Of a stretch of 64,000 nucleotides of DNA, positions 51,377-59,566 are shown one piece after another. Origin of the DNA: a virus; the IMG/VR virus record IMGVR_UViG_3300033802_000252, positions 13,891-77,890 of that record; one strand, given 5' to 3'. The translations under genes were made by a program, and so were the position numbers. Below the pieces are notes generated by a model. It was not told where the DNA came from and searched no databases. It was given only the letters and a program-made list of their open reading frames with translations. How positions within the stretch are numbered: position 1 is the first letter of the stretch; each line of letters starts with the position of its first letter.

Positions 51377-52447
51377 ATGAAAATTATCGTTAATACCAAA
51401 GAAATCCAAACAGTACTTAAAAATTTACTGAAAATTACATCTAATAAATCTAGCAATCCTATGTTAAGTAATATCAAATTAACAGTAACAGATAAAGTTG
51501 AATTAACGACTACGGATTTTACTGTAACAGCGAATATTAAGCTGAAAGATGTTCAAATTATTGAGCCTGGATCAATTGTAATAACTAAAGACACGATAAA
51601 ACTTATTTCTAAATTAACTGATAACAGAATGATTATAACAGATCATGAAGTCAATTCCGGTAATCGTAACGTAAAATACACTGGATTTGATGCAAAGTTA
51701 TATCCAATGCATGAAAATAAAAATTATAACATCCACGCCTTTACATTGAGTAAAGATAAAATGTTTGATGTTCAAAGCATTACATACGCCTGTGGGGATT
51801 TAAACGTCAATCCAACTATGAGCGCATTAAATATTAGGGGTATAATGGTAAGTGCTTGTGATAGGCATAGATTAGCTATTAAAATGTTGGAATATAACAA
51901 CTATACAAAAGACTTAAATATTCCATCGTATGCGATAGATTATGTAATTACATGTACAGATAAACAATATAATGGCGACTATGCTTTTTATGTTTCGGAT
52001 GATGATAAATATATCAAAATAATTTTTGAAAATATAACGTTTGAGGTTCGTTTAATTGACGGCGTATATCCTGATACGAAAAAAATTATTCCGCAATATT
52101 TCAAAACGGAAGCAAGGGTAAATAAAGATGAAATATTTGAAGAATTAAAATTATTAAGGGATGTAACAGATAAAAGAAAATTAGTTCAAATTGATGTAAC
52201 AGCAGATAAAATTAAACTTTTAGCAAAAACAGGGGATAAGCAAAACATTTTGATAAGTGAATTAAATGCAATTACAACAGGAGATGATATTTTTATCGGT
52301 GCAAATATTAACTATATCCTAGATGCATTAAAAAATAATAATAACGAATATGTAACATTCCGATTTCCTGGTAAAAATAGTCCATTTATGATTGATGATG
52401 ATACATTAATTTTACCGTATCGCATTAATCGAACTGATGTCGCTTAA
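51377..52447 (+). CDS. dnaN: DNA polymerase III beta sliding clamp homolog
   Basis: 356 aa; ACDRHRLA, RLIDGVYPD..KIIP, NINYILDAL, LILPYR. Confidence 0.85.
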   Translation: MKIIVNTKEIQTVLKNLLKITSNKSSNPMLSNIKLTVTDKVELTTTDFTVTANIKLKDVQIIEPGSIVITKDTIKLISKLTDNRMIITDHEVNSGNRNVKYTGFDAKLYPMHENKNYNIHAFTLSKDKMFDVQSITYACGDLNVNPTMSALNIRGIMVSACDRHRLAIKMLEYNNYTKDLNIPSYAIDYVITCTDKQYNGDYAFYVSDDDKYIKIIFENITFEVRLIDGVYPDTKKIIPQYFKTEARVNKDEIFEELKLLRDVTDKRKLVQIDVTADKIKLLAKTGDKQNILISELNAITTGDDIFIGANINYILDALKNNNNEYVTFRFPGKNSPFMIDDDTLILPYRINRTDVA

Positions 52448-52516
52448 CATAACAGCAAAGACAGGATAGCTTTAACAGTTATCCTGTCTTATTATAAATA
52501 ACAGGAGTGATTAAAA

Positions 52517-52771
52517 ATGACTGAATCCAAAGAACAAATTTTGAAGGACATTAAAGAAAATATTTGTAATGATTTTTTGAATGCTCATGATCCTTCGGTG
52601 GGTATTTATAGAGCAAGTAAAATTGATGATTGGGTTATAGAAGAAATAAATGAATCTGAAGGGATTAAAGTTGTTTCTTATACTTCAAATTCAGTATTAT
52701 TAGATTGTGACGTTTGTAAAGTTGAAGTATATTATTACTTAGATAGATGGGAAGCCCGAATTTTTGAATAA
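52517..52771 (+). CDS. Hypothetical protein
   Basis: AGGAG RBS. Confidence 0.6.
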   Translation: MTESKEQILKDIKENICNDFLNAHDPSVGIYRASKIDDWVIEEINESEGIKVVSYTSNSVLLDCDVCKVEVYYYLDRWEARIFE

Positions 52772-52784
52772 AAAAGTATTTTAA

Positions 52785-52985
52785 TTGCTTATCGAGAATG
52801 AAGCGATAACAATGAAATTTTGCTTGATTTGTGATGAAATTATTGAAGACGGGAAAGAATTTGTAAAAGTGGACGATCATTATTTTGGTAGTGATGAGTG
52901 TTGTGACAAATATTTTTTGGATATCAGGCAAAGGGAAGATGATGAGTGGGAAGAGTGGCTAGTGTTTGGGAGGGTGAATAATTAA
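52785..52985 (+). CDS. Small Zn-finger protein
   Basis: CLIC...GSDECC. Confidence 0.45.
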   Translation: MLIENEAITMKFCLICDEIIEDGKEFVKVDDHYFGSDECCDKYFLDIRQREDDEWEEWLVFGRVNN

Positions 52986-53020
52986 AAAATGGATATAATC
53001 TTTTTACGGAGGGTGAATTT

Positions 53021-53749
53021 ATGGCTAAAGCTATAGCACGTTGCACATGTACTGAATGTGGTGATACATTTACTAAGGAGAGAACTTTTCGTAGTCGTAG
53101 TGAGGCTGATTCGTGGGAAAAGTGGGCGGAAAGTAATTACACTCAATGCTCAAAATGCTATGGTAAGAAGCAGCGAGAAAAAGAATTGGCTCTACCTCCT
53201 ACAATTACTATCTCTCTTTTGCCATTTCATGCAGATAAGCCTGTATTGCTTGTATGGAGTGGTAATACAATGGACGTTAAGGATCAAATTAAAGAAATGG
53301 GTTATGTGTGGGATGAACCTCCTTCGAGTGGTGTATTAGGAGCGTTGGAATGGAGAACTCCAAGAAAGACATGGTACAAGATGATCACATTGGACAAGAT
53401 GCAAGAGTCAATGGATCAAGTAAAGACAATTGAGAATGTAGTCATTAAAAATGAAGTGCGTGACATTGATCTAATTACACTTAAGCAATTAATGTCTGAA
53501 AAAGCAAAGTACCAGGCACAAATAGATGAAGAGGTTAAGGCGCTTGGAGATAGACCAAAGAAGCCCGAATGTTATCCAGTAGGTAAATGGAATGGTCGTA
53601 TCTATGGAAAATCTGGTGCTTATCGGATATATGTTGATAATGTTGAGCAATGGATATCTGATGACGAAGTTAAACTCATTCAAGAATATCAAAAGAAACG
53701 AGACGAGTATAATAAAAAAGTTGATGAAATAAAGAAAAAATATCACTAA
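53021..53749 (+). CDS. Zn-finger-containing hypothetical protein
   Basis: CTECG...CSKC; GGAGG RBS. Confidence 0.65.
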   Translation: MAKAIARCTCTECGDTFTKERTFRSRSEADSWEKWAESNYTQCSKCYGKKQREKELALPPTITISLLPFHADKPVLLVWSGNTMDVKDQIKEMGYVWDEPPSSGVLGALEWRTPRKTWYKMITLDKMQESMDQVKTIENVVIKNEVRDIDLITLKQLMSEKAKYQAQIDEEVKALGDRPKKPECYPVGKWNGRIYGKSGAYRIYVDNVEQWISDDEVKLIQEYQKKRDEYNKKVDEIKKKYH

Positions 53750-53779
53750 TTTATTATTTTGTTATTTTCGTTACTTTCG

Positions 53780-53795
53780 TATCGATATATATTAT
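53780..53795 (+). promoter_or_regulatory. TATCGATATA promoter-like motif
   Basis: TATCGATATA-TATTAT. Confidence 0.7.
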
Positions 53796-53820
53796 AGAAG
53801 AAAAAAGGAGGTAATAAATA

Positions 53821-54828
53821 TTGATTAGGAAACCAATTAGTTGGAATGTCAAACAAGTATGTAGAATGATTGAAAAGGGATCTATCACTTTTGATAATCC
53901 AATTCAACGTCCATCGGGACAATGGAAACTTGAGGATGCTTCATTGCTTATTCACTCTTTGTTGACTATGTTTGTTCCAGATGTGTATGCGATTCAGCAT
54001 AAGGGTGAAATTGATGGAAAAGAAGCGAATATTTACGATATCATTGACGGGAAGCAACGATTAACGCTGATTAACAGTTTCCGCAACAACGAATGGTCAT
54101 TGACCAAACTTTACCCTGTGAAACTTGAAACAGGTGAAGAGTATGATATTTCTGGACTGACTTTCGAACAGCTTCCCGAAGAGGTGCAAGATGCGATTGA
54201 TAGCTATACCATTACATTTAGAGTAATTGAGCTTGAAGATGGAGACGATGAGGAAAGTATTGTAGAAGATATTTTTTATCGTCTCAATAATGGTAAGGCA
54301 GTAAGTCGTGAGCACCTTGCTCTGGTGTCTGCTCAAAAACATGTCCGTGAATTTGTGTATGACATAGTAAATAATCATCATGTTTTCAAAGTATCTGCTC
54401 ATTTTCCTGCTTCAAGTGTTAGAAAATCTGATATGGAAATGAGTGTGTTGCAATCGATTATTTTGGCTGGGGGATATGAATATAATTCATTTGCAGCCAA
54501 GGATATTGAAAAGACTATTTCTTCAAACGATATTGAGGATGAAGTTCTGCAAAAAGTACGCGCGGCTTTTGATGCTTTAGCCAATGTATTTACGGAGAAA
54601 CATAAAAAATTTGTTGTAAAGATTAATATTCCTCCAATGATTGCCTTGTTGACTAACAATGATCATGACAAAGCAGGTGAGTTTTTGAGATACTACGCTG
54701 ACAACATTAAGAAGGGAGATGAATATAAACGTTATACAGGAGCAGGTAATACTAAAAAACATATGGTTCAAGGCAGAGTGGACGGATTGCAAAAATTGTT
54801 TGATGAATGGCTGAATACTCAACAATAA
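53821..54828 (+). CDS. DUF262 (ParB/Srx-like, GmrS-type) domain protein
   Basis: IQR..W, DIIDGKQRL, IFYRLNNG motifs. Confidence 0.8.
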   Translation: MIRKPISWNVKQVCRMIEKGSITFDNPIQRPSGQWKLEDASLLIHSLLTMFVPDVYAIQHKGEIDGKEANIYDIIDGKQRLTLINSFRNNEWSLTKLYPVKLETGEEYDISGLTFEQLPEEVQDAIDSYTITFRVIELEDGDDEESIVEDIFYRLNNGKAVSREHLALVSAQKHVREFVYDIVNNHHVFKVSAHFPASSVRKSDMEMSVLQSIILAGGYEYNSFAAKDIEKTISSNDIEDEVLQKVRAAFDALANVFTEKHKKFVVKINIPPMIALLTNNDHDKAGEFLRYYADNIKKGDEYKRYTGAGNTKKHMVQGRVDGLQKLFDEWLNTQQ

Positions 54829-55243
54829 GAGAAGAGATTCTCTTATTCTCTTCTCTTATTGTGTGAAATATAATAGTAGGTGGTGACTTGGTGTATATTG
54901 TAACAACACTTGAAAAGCATGATGACAAATTGACAATCCAAGATTATATTTTAGATAGTTCAAAAGCTATGAAGTTATTTAAGAAATTATGTAGGGAAGC
55001 ACATTATTTGGTGATAAGAAGTAGGAAAGTAAGATGACAAGATTGGGGCGACAACAACATGCAAAAAAGACCTCCTACATACGTAAGAGGCAGTTCTGAT
55101 TATGATTACTATCGTGAACCTATGCATTATCTTGAGCGAGAAAGGCAACAAAGGAACGGTTGTTTGGGTGGAGTGTTGTTTATCTTGGTAATTATTTTGT
55201 TCTTGGGATTTGCTAAATTATAAAATGTATTGTGGGTGCTGTT

Positions 55244-55543
55244 TCACCATTCAGTGTATTGATCGTCAACCATTAAGCCATATTCTTCATTGTATTCAGC
55301 ATCCACAATTACATAGCCATTTTGGATACGGTATCCTTTTTCAAGTACGTATTTAACTGGCACGGGAAGTTCGTAATCATCATAGTTACCATTTGTCTCT
55401 GAAAGATGACACTCCAGAACACACATTATTGAATGTCCACAATCTCGAATATAAGCGTGATAAGGGATTAGTTCGTCTGGTATGGGATTGGGGTAAAAAC
55501 GCATTTCAACCATGTGTTTAATATCTTCTAAGCTTTTTCTCAT
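55244..55543 (-). CDS. Hypothetical protein, counter-oriented
   Basis: AAGGA RBS on minus strand; flanked by 11-bp inverted repeats. Confidence 0.65.
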   Translation of the reverse strand: MRKSLEDIKHMVEMRFYPNPIPDELIPYHAYIRDCGHSIMCVLECHLSETNGNYDDYELPVPVKYVLEKGYRIQNGYVIVDAEYNEEYGLMVDDQYTEW

Positions 55544-55616
55544 GACAACACATCCTTTCTAGGATAGTATTATAATATGTTAAAAATACATTTTAACGGA
55601 TTAGGAGGTAATAGCT

Positions 55617-56309
55617 ATGAGCAGAATTGACATTGACATGATAAAGCAAGCATATGAAAAAACGGGCTTAAAACCAGTGCGGGGATCTCATAACATTTAC
55701 AACAACGAATCATTGATTTATGCAACGGGTTTGCTTGCTCTATATGCCCATATTAATAATAACATAAATCCAGACTTAAGTGATGCAATTAAATGGGGTT
55801 TTAATGAATATGGAGAAGGCTATACAATGGGTTTCCTTTGGGGTTTTTATGGCAACGAAGAAAAAAGGAAGGAGTTTGAAGCAGTTAATGAAGCAAAAGC
55901 AATAGATCAATTTAATCAAGGATGGAATGATGGATTTGAAAGTTGGAAAGCTGTTAAAGGCTGCGGATTAGCTAAAAACTTAAATAGAGACGAAGTTGCA
56001 ATTGAAATGTATGGACACATCGTTAAAGAGGTTCTTGATAATGATTATGAATTTATTTTCGTAAAGTCTATGAAGCCAGGTGAGTCATATAATATAGGTG
56101 ATAATTGTCGTGAGGGATATGAATGGGAATGGGAAGAGGGTTATATAAGAACTATTGCGACATGGGGATTTAATACCGATGATTATTTTACAGAGTTATG
56201 TATGAAACTTGATAGAGCGGTTCTTTATCAACAATATAATTTAGAGAGCGAAGTAGTCATAATTGTTGAAGGAAAAGTAGTTTTGGTTATTGATAAGGAG
56301 GGATATTAA
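55617..56309 (+). CDS. Hypothetical protein
   Basis: AGGAGG RBS. Confidence 0.6.
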   Translation: MSRIDIDMIKQAYEKTGLKPVRGSHNIYNNESLIYATGLLALYAHINNNINPDLSDAIKWGFNEYGEGYTMGFLWGFYGNEEKRKEFEAVNEAKAIDQFNQGWNDGFESWKAVKGCGLAKNLNRDEVAIEMYGHIVKEVLDNDYEFIFVKSMKPGESYNIGDNCREGYEWEWEEGYIRTIATWGFNTDDYFTELCMKLDRAVLYQQYNLESEVVIIVEGKVVLVIDKEGY

Positions 56310-56326
56310 AAATATGAACGTATTAT

Positions 56327-56372
56327 TAAAAGTCGCCGTAAAACCCCTAGCTTTAGCTATGGGGAGTGTCAA
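56327..56372 (+). mobile_element. 46-bp collapsed IS200/IS605 mini-element
   Basis: Nearly identical to 45594-45637. Confidence 0.75.
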
Positions 56373-56515
56373 AAAATAAACCAACTCCAGGTTGGTGGTA
56401 TTTGTGGTGTTTGTGGTAAACTTGACAAAAAAGCGATATCATTAAAAGAGGACGATGGAAGGATTTTGTGTAATGTTTGCAAAGAGGATCATTAGTGAAA
56501 GGAGAATATTTATAA

Positions 56516-57007
56516 ATGAAAAAAGATATTTTTCTTATTAAAACTAATCAAGGATTAGGTGATTATGTTGTATATAATGATGAAGAGATTCAAGTATATG
56601 GTGATGTTACTTTAGTTGGTTTCAAGGACTATCATAATACACCAATATTTAGATATGATTTGTTTGATGAGAGATCTGATACAGTTTCAGTGGAAGATAG
56701 AGGATTAGCAGATTATACTCGCTATCTGCTTATTGAACGGTTAACGGATAAGATATTTATGATTAGAGTATTTGACAGTTTATTTCAACCGATAATGCAT
56801 AATTACTTTGCTAAAATGGATGCTTATAGTGATTATGCGGATCAACGCTTCGTACATGAATTTATACTTTATGATGAAAAATTAAAGGAGATAAGTGCGA
56901 GTCATACTGTAAACTTGAAACAAACACACTTGTCAGAAGATAAGTTGTTTAAATGGTGTGCAGATGTGATTAGTAGAGATTTGAAACCTAAACATCACGA
57001 AGATTAA
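56516..57007 (+). CDS. Hypothetical protein
   Basis: AAGGAG RBS. Confidence 0.6.
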   Translation: MKKDIFLIKTNQGLGDYVVYNDEEIQVYGDVTLVGFKDYHNTPIFRYDLFDERSDTVSVEDRGLADYTRYLLIERLTDKIFMIRVFDSLFQPIMHNYFAKMDAYSDYADQRFVHEFILYDEKLKEISASHTVNLKQTHLSEDKLFKWCADVISRDLKPKHHED

Positions 57008-57008
57008 T

Positions 57009-57024
57009 TAAAACTACAATTTTA
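57009..57024. repeat. TAAAA-N6-TTTTA junction site
   Basis: TAAAA CTACAA TTTTA between stop and RBS. Confidence 0.6.
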
Positions 57025-57038
57025 AAGGATGTGATGAA

Positions 57039-57461
57039 ATGAAAATAAAGATTCCCTTTACCACAACCACCACAAGAAAGCCTCTGTCTTTAGACATGGG
57101 GATGAATTGTGGTAAATATATACAAATTCGTCAAGTACAAGACGTTAAAACAAAACCTGTGGCAGATGGTGACAGTCTGCCAGCCTAAGAACCTATATGG
57201 TCTGTCTTAGGATGGGCTGATGACACAGCCCTGAACTTGGAGATTGCATGAAGCAGAAATGCATGAGTGCGCTAATCATCCAAGAATCCCCCGGATTTAT
57301 CCGTGGGGAGTGTCAAACAATGGTGCGTTGTGATTGGAGAAAGAACGCCAGAAGAACAGAAAGAGTATGAAAAGCAAAGGAATCCCATTGGATATCTTAT
57401 AGATGAAATCGATAAAATAAGCAAGGATATTGAAGAAATAAAAAAGTACTCAAAAGGATGA
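57039..57461 (+). pseudogene. 55-aa gene interrupted by a mini-element
   Basis: Removing 57062-57316 restores MKIKIPFTQWCVVIGERTPEEQKEYEK...YSKG*. Confidence 0.7.
57062..57316 (+). mobile_element. 255-bp non-autonomous IS200/IS605 element with omega-RNA-like right end
   Basis: Follows TTAC, left hairpin, structured internal sequence, aagaatcccccggatttatccgtggggagtgTCAA; no target duplication. Confidence 0.85.
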
Positions 57462-57555
57462 GTTGATGTGTTTTATAAAATGGCTGATATATTACAAGTT
57501 GGTACAGTAGGAGATTTTACACAACCATTTTAAATTAATAAGGAGGGGAATATGT

Positions 57556-57828
57556 ATGAGTTTTTCAATACGTCGTGATCAACATGGTCATGCTGTAGCA
57601 GTTGAAAGAGAAGGATATACAATATTTCATTTACAAGCTGGCACCGAAAGAAACGAAGAAGAAATTGAAAAATTTATTAAGTTTATAAATCAACAGCATG
57701 AATATCTTCATATTGCAGTTAATGCTTTAAAGAATATTAGAGATATGGATAATGGCATATTTGAGGAAGATTATTACAAAATGATAGAGATTGCAAAAGA
57801 AGCAATAGAAAGGATTGATTGTCTCTGA
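57556..57828 (+). CDS. Hypothetical protein
   Basis: AAGGAGG RBS. Confidence 0.6.
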   Translation: MSFSIRRDQHGHAVAVEREGYTIFHLQAGTERNEEEIEKFIKFINQQHEYLHIAVNALKNIRDMDNGIFEEDYYKMIEIAKEAIERIDCL

Positions 57829-58137
57829 TAAAGAGACATGCCAAAAGACTACGGAGTTGTCTTTGAAGACGTCATAAAACACTTCCGATAAGGGGCTGTC
57901 TTGGATAGCCCTTTTTCATAAACATTCAATGGAAATGGAAATGGAGGATGATTAATGAAAATTGATAAATGGAGAGCAAAAATGAGAGAATTCTATAGCA
58001 ATGTAACCAGGGATGAATTAATCAAACATTTAAATAAGTTGGTTTTAAAGTTGTAGATATTTCAAAAAAGCAAAATGAGAATAAGTTGAAAAATTAGCTA
58101 TAATTAATAATAAATAAAATATAAAAATAATATAAAA

Positions 58138-58181
58138 CGAACATTTGTTCGCTTGTTAAATTACATAAATATGGGTATAAT
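58138..58181 (+). promoter_or_regulatory. LexA box abutting SigA promoter of mazF-like gene
   Basis: CGAACATTTGTTCG then TTGTTA-17-TATAAT. Confidence 0.75.
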
Positions 58182-58207
58182 GGGTTCGAAAATAAATAAT
58201 AAAGAAG

Positions 58208-58618
58208 GTGATATTATTGGTTGTGGGAGTAGTAGAAAAACCAATAAAAAAACTGTCTAGAAATGATCTACGTATCAAAAAAAATGAAATTTGGATGGCA
58301 GAAATGCGCGAAGGAAAAGGATCAGAACAGCAGGGGACAAGACCTGTGGTTATTCTTCAAAATGACTTGGGAAATAAATTTGCGCCAACTGTAATTGTTG
58401 CGCCTATTACATCAAAAATATCAAAATCAAGGATGCCAACCCACGTATATATTAAAGCTAGAAATGGTGGATTGGATGAAGATTCGCTTATTTTGTTAGA
58501 GCAAATTGTAACACTGGACAAGTCTCGTTTAAAGTATAAAATATGTGATCTTAATGCATTTGAAAAAGAGTATGTAATGGCGGCATTAATGGTTAGTGTG
58601 GGGATACTGAGTGCATAA
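58208..58618 (+). CDS. mazF: PemK/MazF-family endoribonuclease (orphan)
   Basis: GSEQQGTRPVVILQNDLGNKFAPTVIVAPITS...DSLILLEQIVTLDKSRL. Confidence 0.9.
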   Translation: MILLVVGVVEKPIKKLSRNDLRIKKNEIWMAEMREGKGSEQQGTRPVVILQNDLGNKFAPTVIVAPITSKISKSRMPTHVYIKARNGGLDEDSLILLEQIVTLDKSRLKYKICDLNAFEKEYVMAALMVSVGILSA

Positions 58619-58719
58619 TTTTTACAGTGTCGAGATGTACTTAATTGATATGCAAAGGCATTTAATAGCAACTTGTGTTAACACAACATAAGTTTTATGA
58701 GAAATTGGAGTGAGATGAA

Positions 58720-58902
58720 GTGAATAAAATCATTGCAAATGAAGACTTAAGCGATGAATTCATTGAAGAAATGGTGCAAAGATATAGGAACATGGGGTTG
58801 ATTGTAGATGTCATTACAGAGAATGCGGATGTATATATTAAAGAAGGAAGTGGATATAGAAAAGTAACCAAGGAAAATTGTACGGTAACCAGGATAAAAT
58901 GA
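58720..58902 (+). CDS. Small hypothetical protein
   Basis: ORF whose stop lies in a TAAAA-N5-TTTTA site. Confidence 0.5.
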   Translation: MNKIIANEDLSDEFIEEMVQRYRNMGLIVDVITENADVYIKEGSGYRKVTKENCTVTRIK

Positions 58903-59159
58903 CGTTTTAAACCAACAATGGTAATTGGATTTGTAACTGTTGTTAATTGGGCTAATTCAAAAGTTCTCAAAAAAGAGAAGGGAAAAAATAAAATATGAGA
59001 ATAAACATTAGAAAAGGTGTATTCGAAACGAATTCAAGTTCAATGTCTGAATGAAGGCTTGAAAATATTAGCGTAAAATAAAATGAGCGGCAGGAACTGT
59101 CGGGAATTTGTAACATGGATTTAGCATAGAAAGACAAGTTATACGAGGGTGGTGATTTA

Positions 59160-59402
59160 ATGATAATTCCTTATGGAGTTAGTAGTTGTTTGTATTCTGG
59201 CATAATGAACAAGATTCGATTCATTGGCATGCATTTTAATAGTCCACACCTTGATTCAAATTCATCATATTTAAAAAGAGAATATACTGAATTAAAGGAG
59301 GCAATTGCTTTTTACGAAAAGCATTGTGTTGTTGGGGTAGATTATTTAATTGATGAATTTAGAAAAATCGAGTCTTTGTTTGAACACCAGAAAACGAATT
59401 AA
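59160..59402 (+). CDS. Hypothetical protein
   Basis: ORF with weak RBS. Confidence 0.45.
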   Translation: MIIPYGVSSCLYSGIMNKIRFIGMHFNSPHLDSNSSYLKREYTELKEAIAFYEKHCVVGVDYLIDEFRKIESLFEHQKTN

Positions 59403-59407
59403 ATTAT

Positions 59408-59450
59408 GATCGTGTCGCCGTAAAACCCCTAGCTTCAGCTATGGGGATAT
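59408..59450 (+). mobile_element. IS200/IS605 left-end remnant
   Basis: TTAT|gatcgtgtcgccgtaaaacccctagcttcagctatggggata; no right end seen. Confidence 0.65.
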
Positions 59451-59566
59451 GGCAGTATGATTGAGCATAAAAATCAAAATATACAATTAAAATATGTATA
59501 CAAAAAGCATCTTTGTGATATAATGAACAATAAAAAGTATGTAATATCACAAAGGGAGTTGAGTGT

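Noticed and set aside
35052-53795. CRISPR array from the repeated TATCGATATA motif
   Set aside because: Repeat is only ~10-16 nt, spacing is hundreds to thousands of bp with genes in between, and there are no cas genes.
57062-57316. IStron / self-splicing intron
   Set aside because: Too short and no recognisable group I core; ends match IS605 only.
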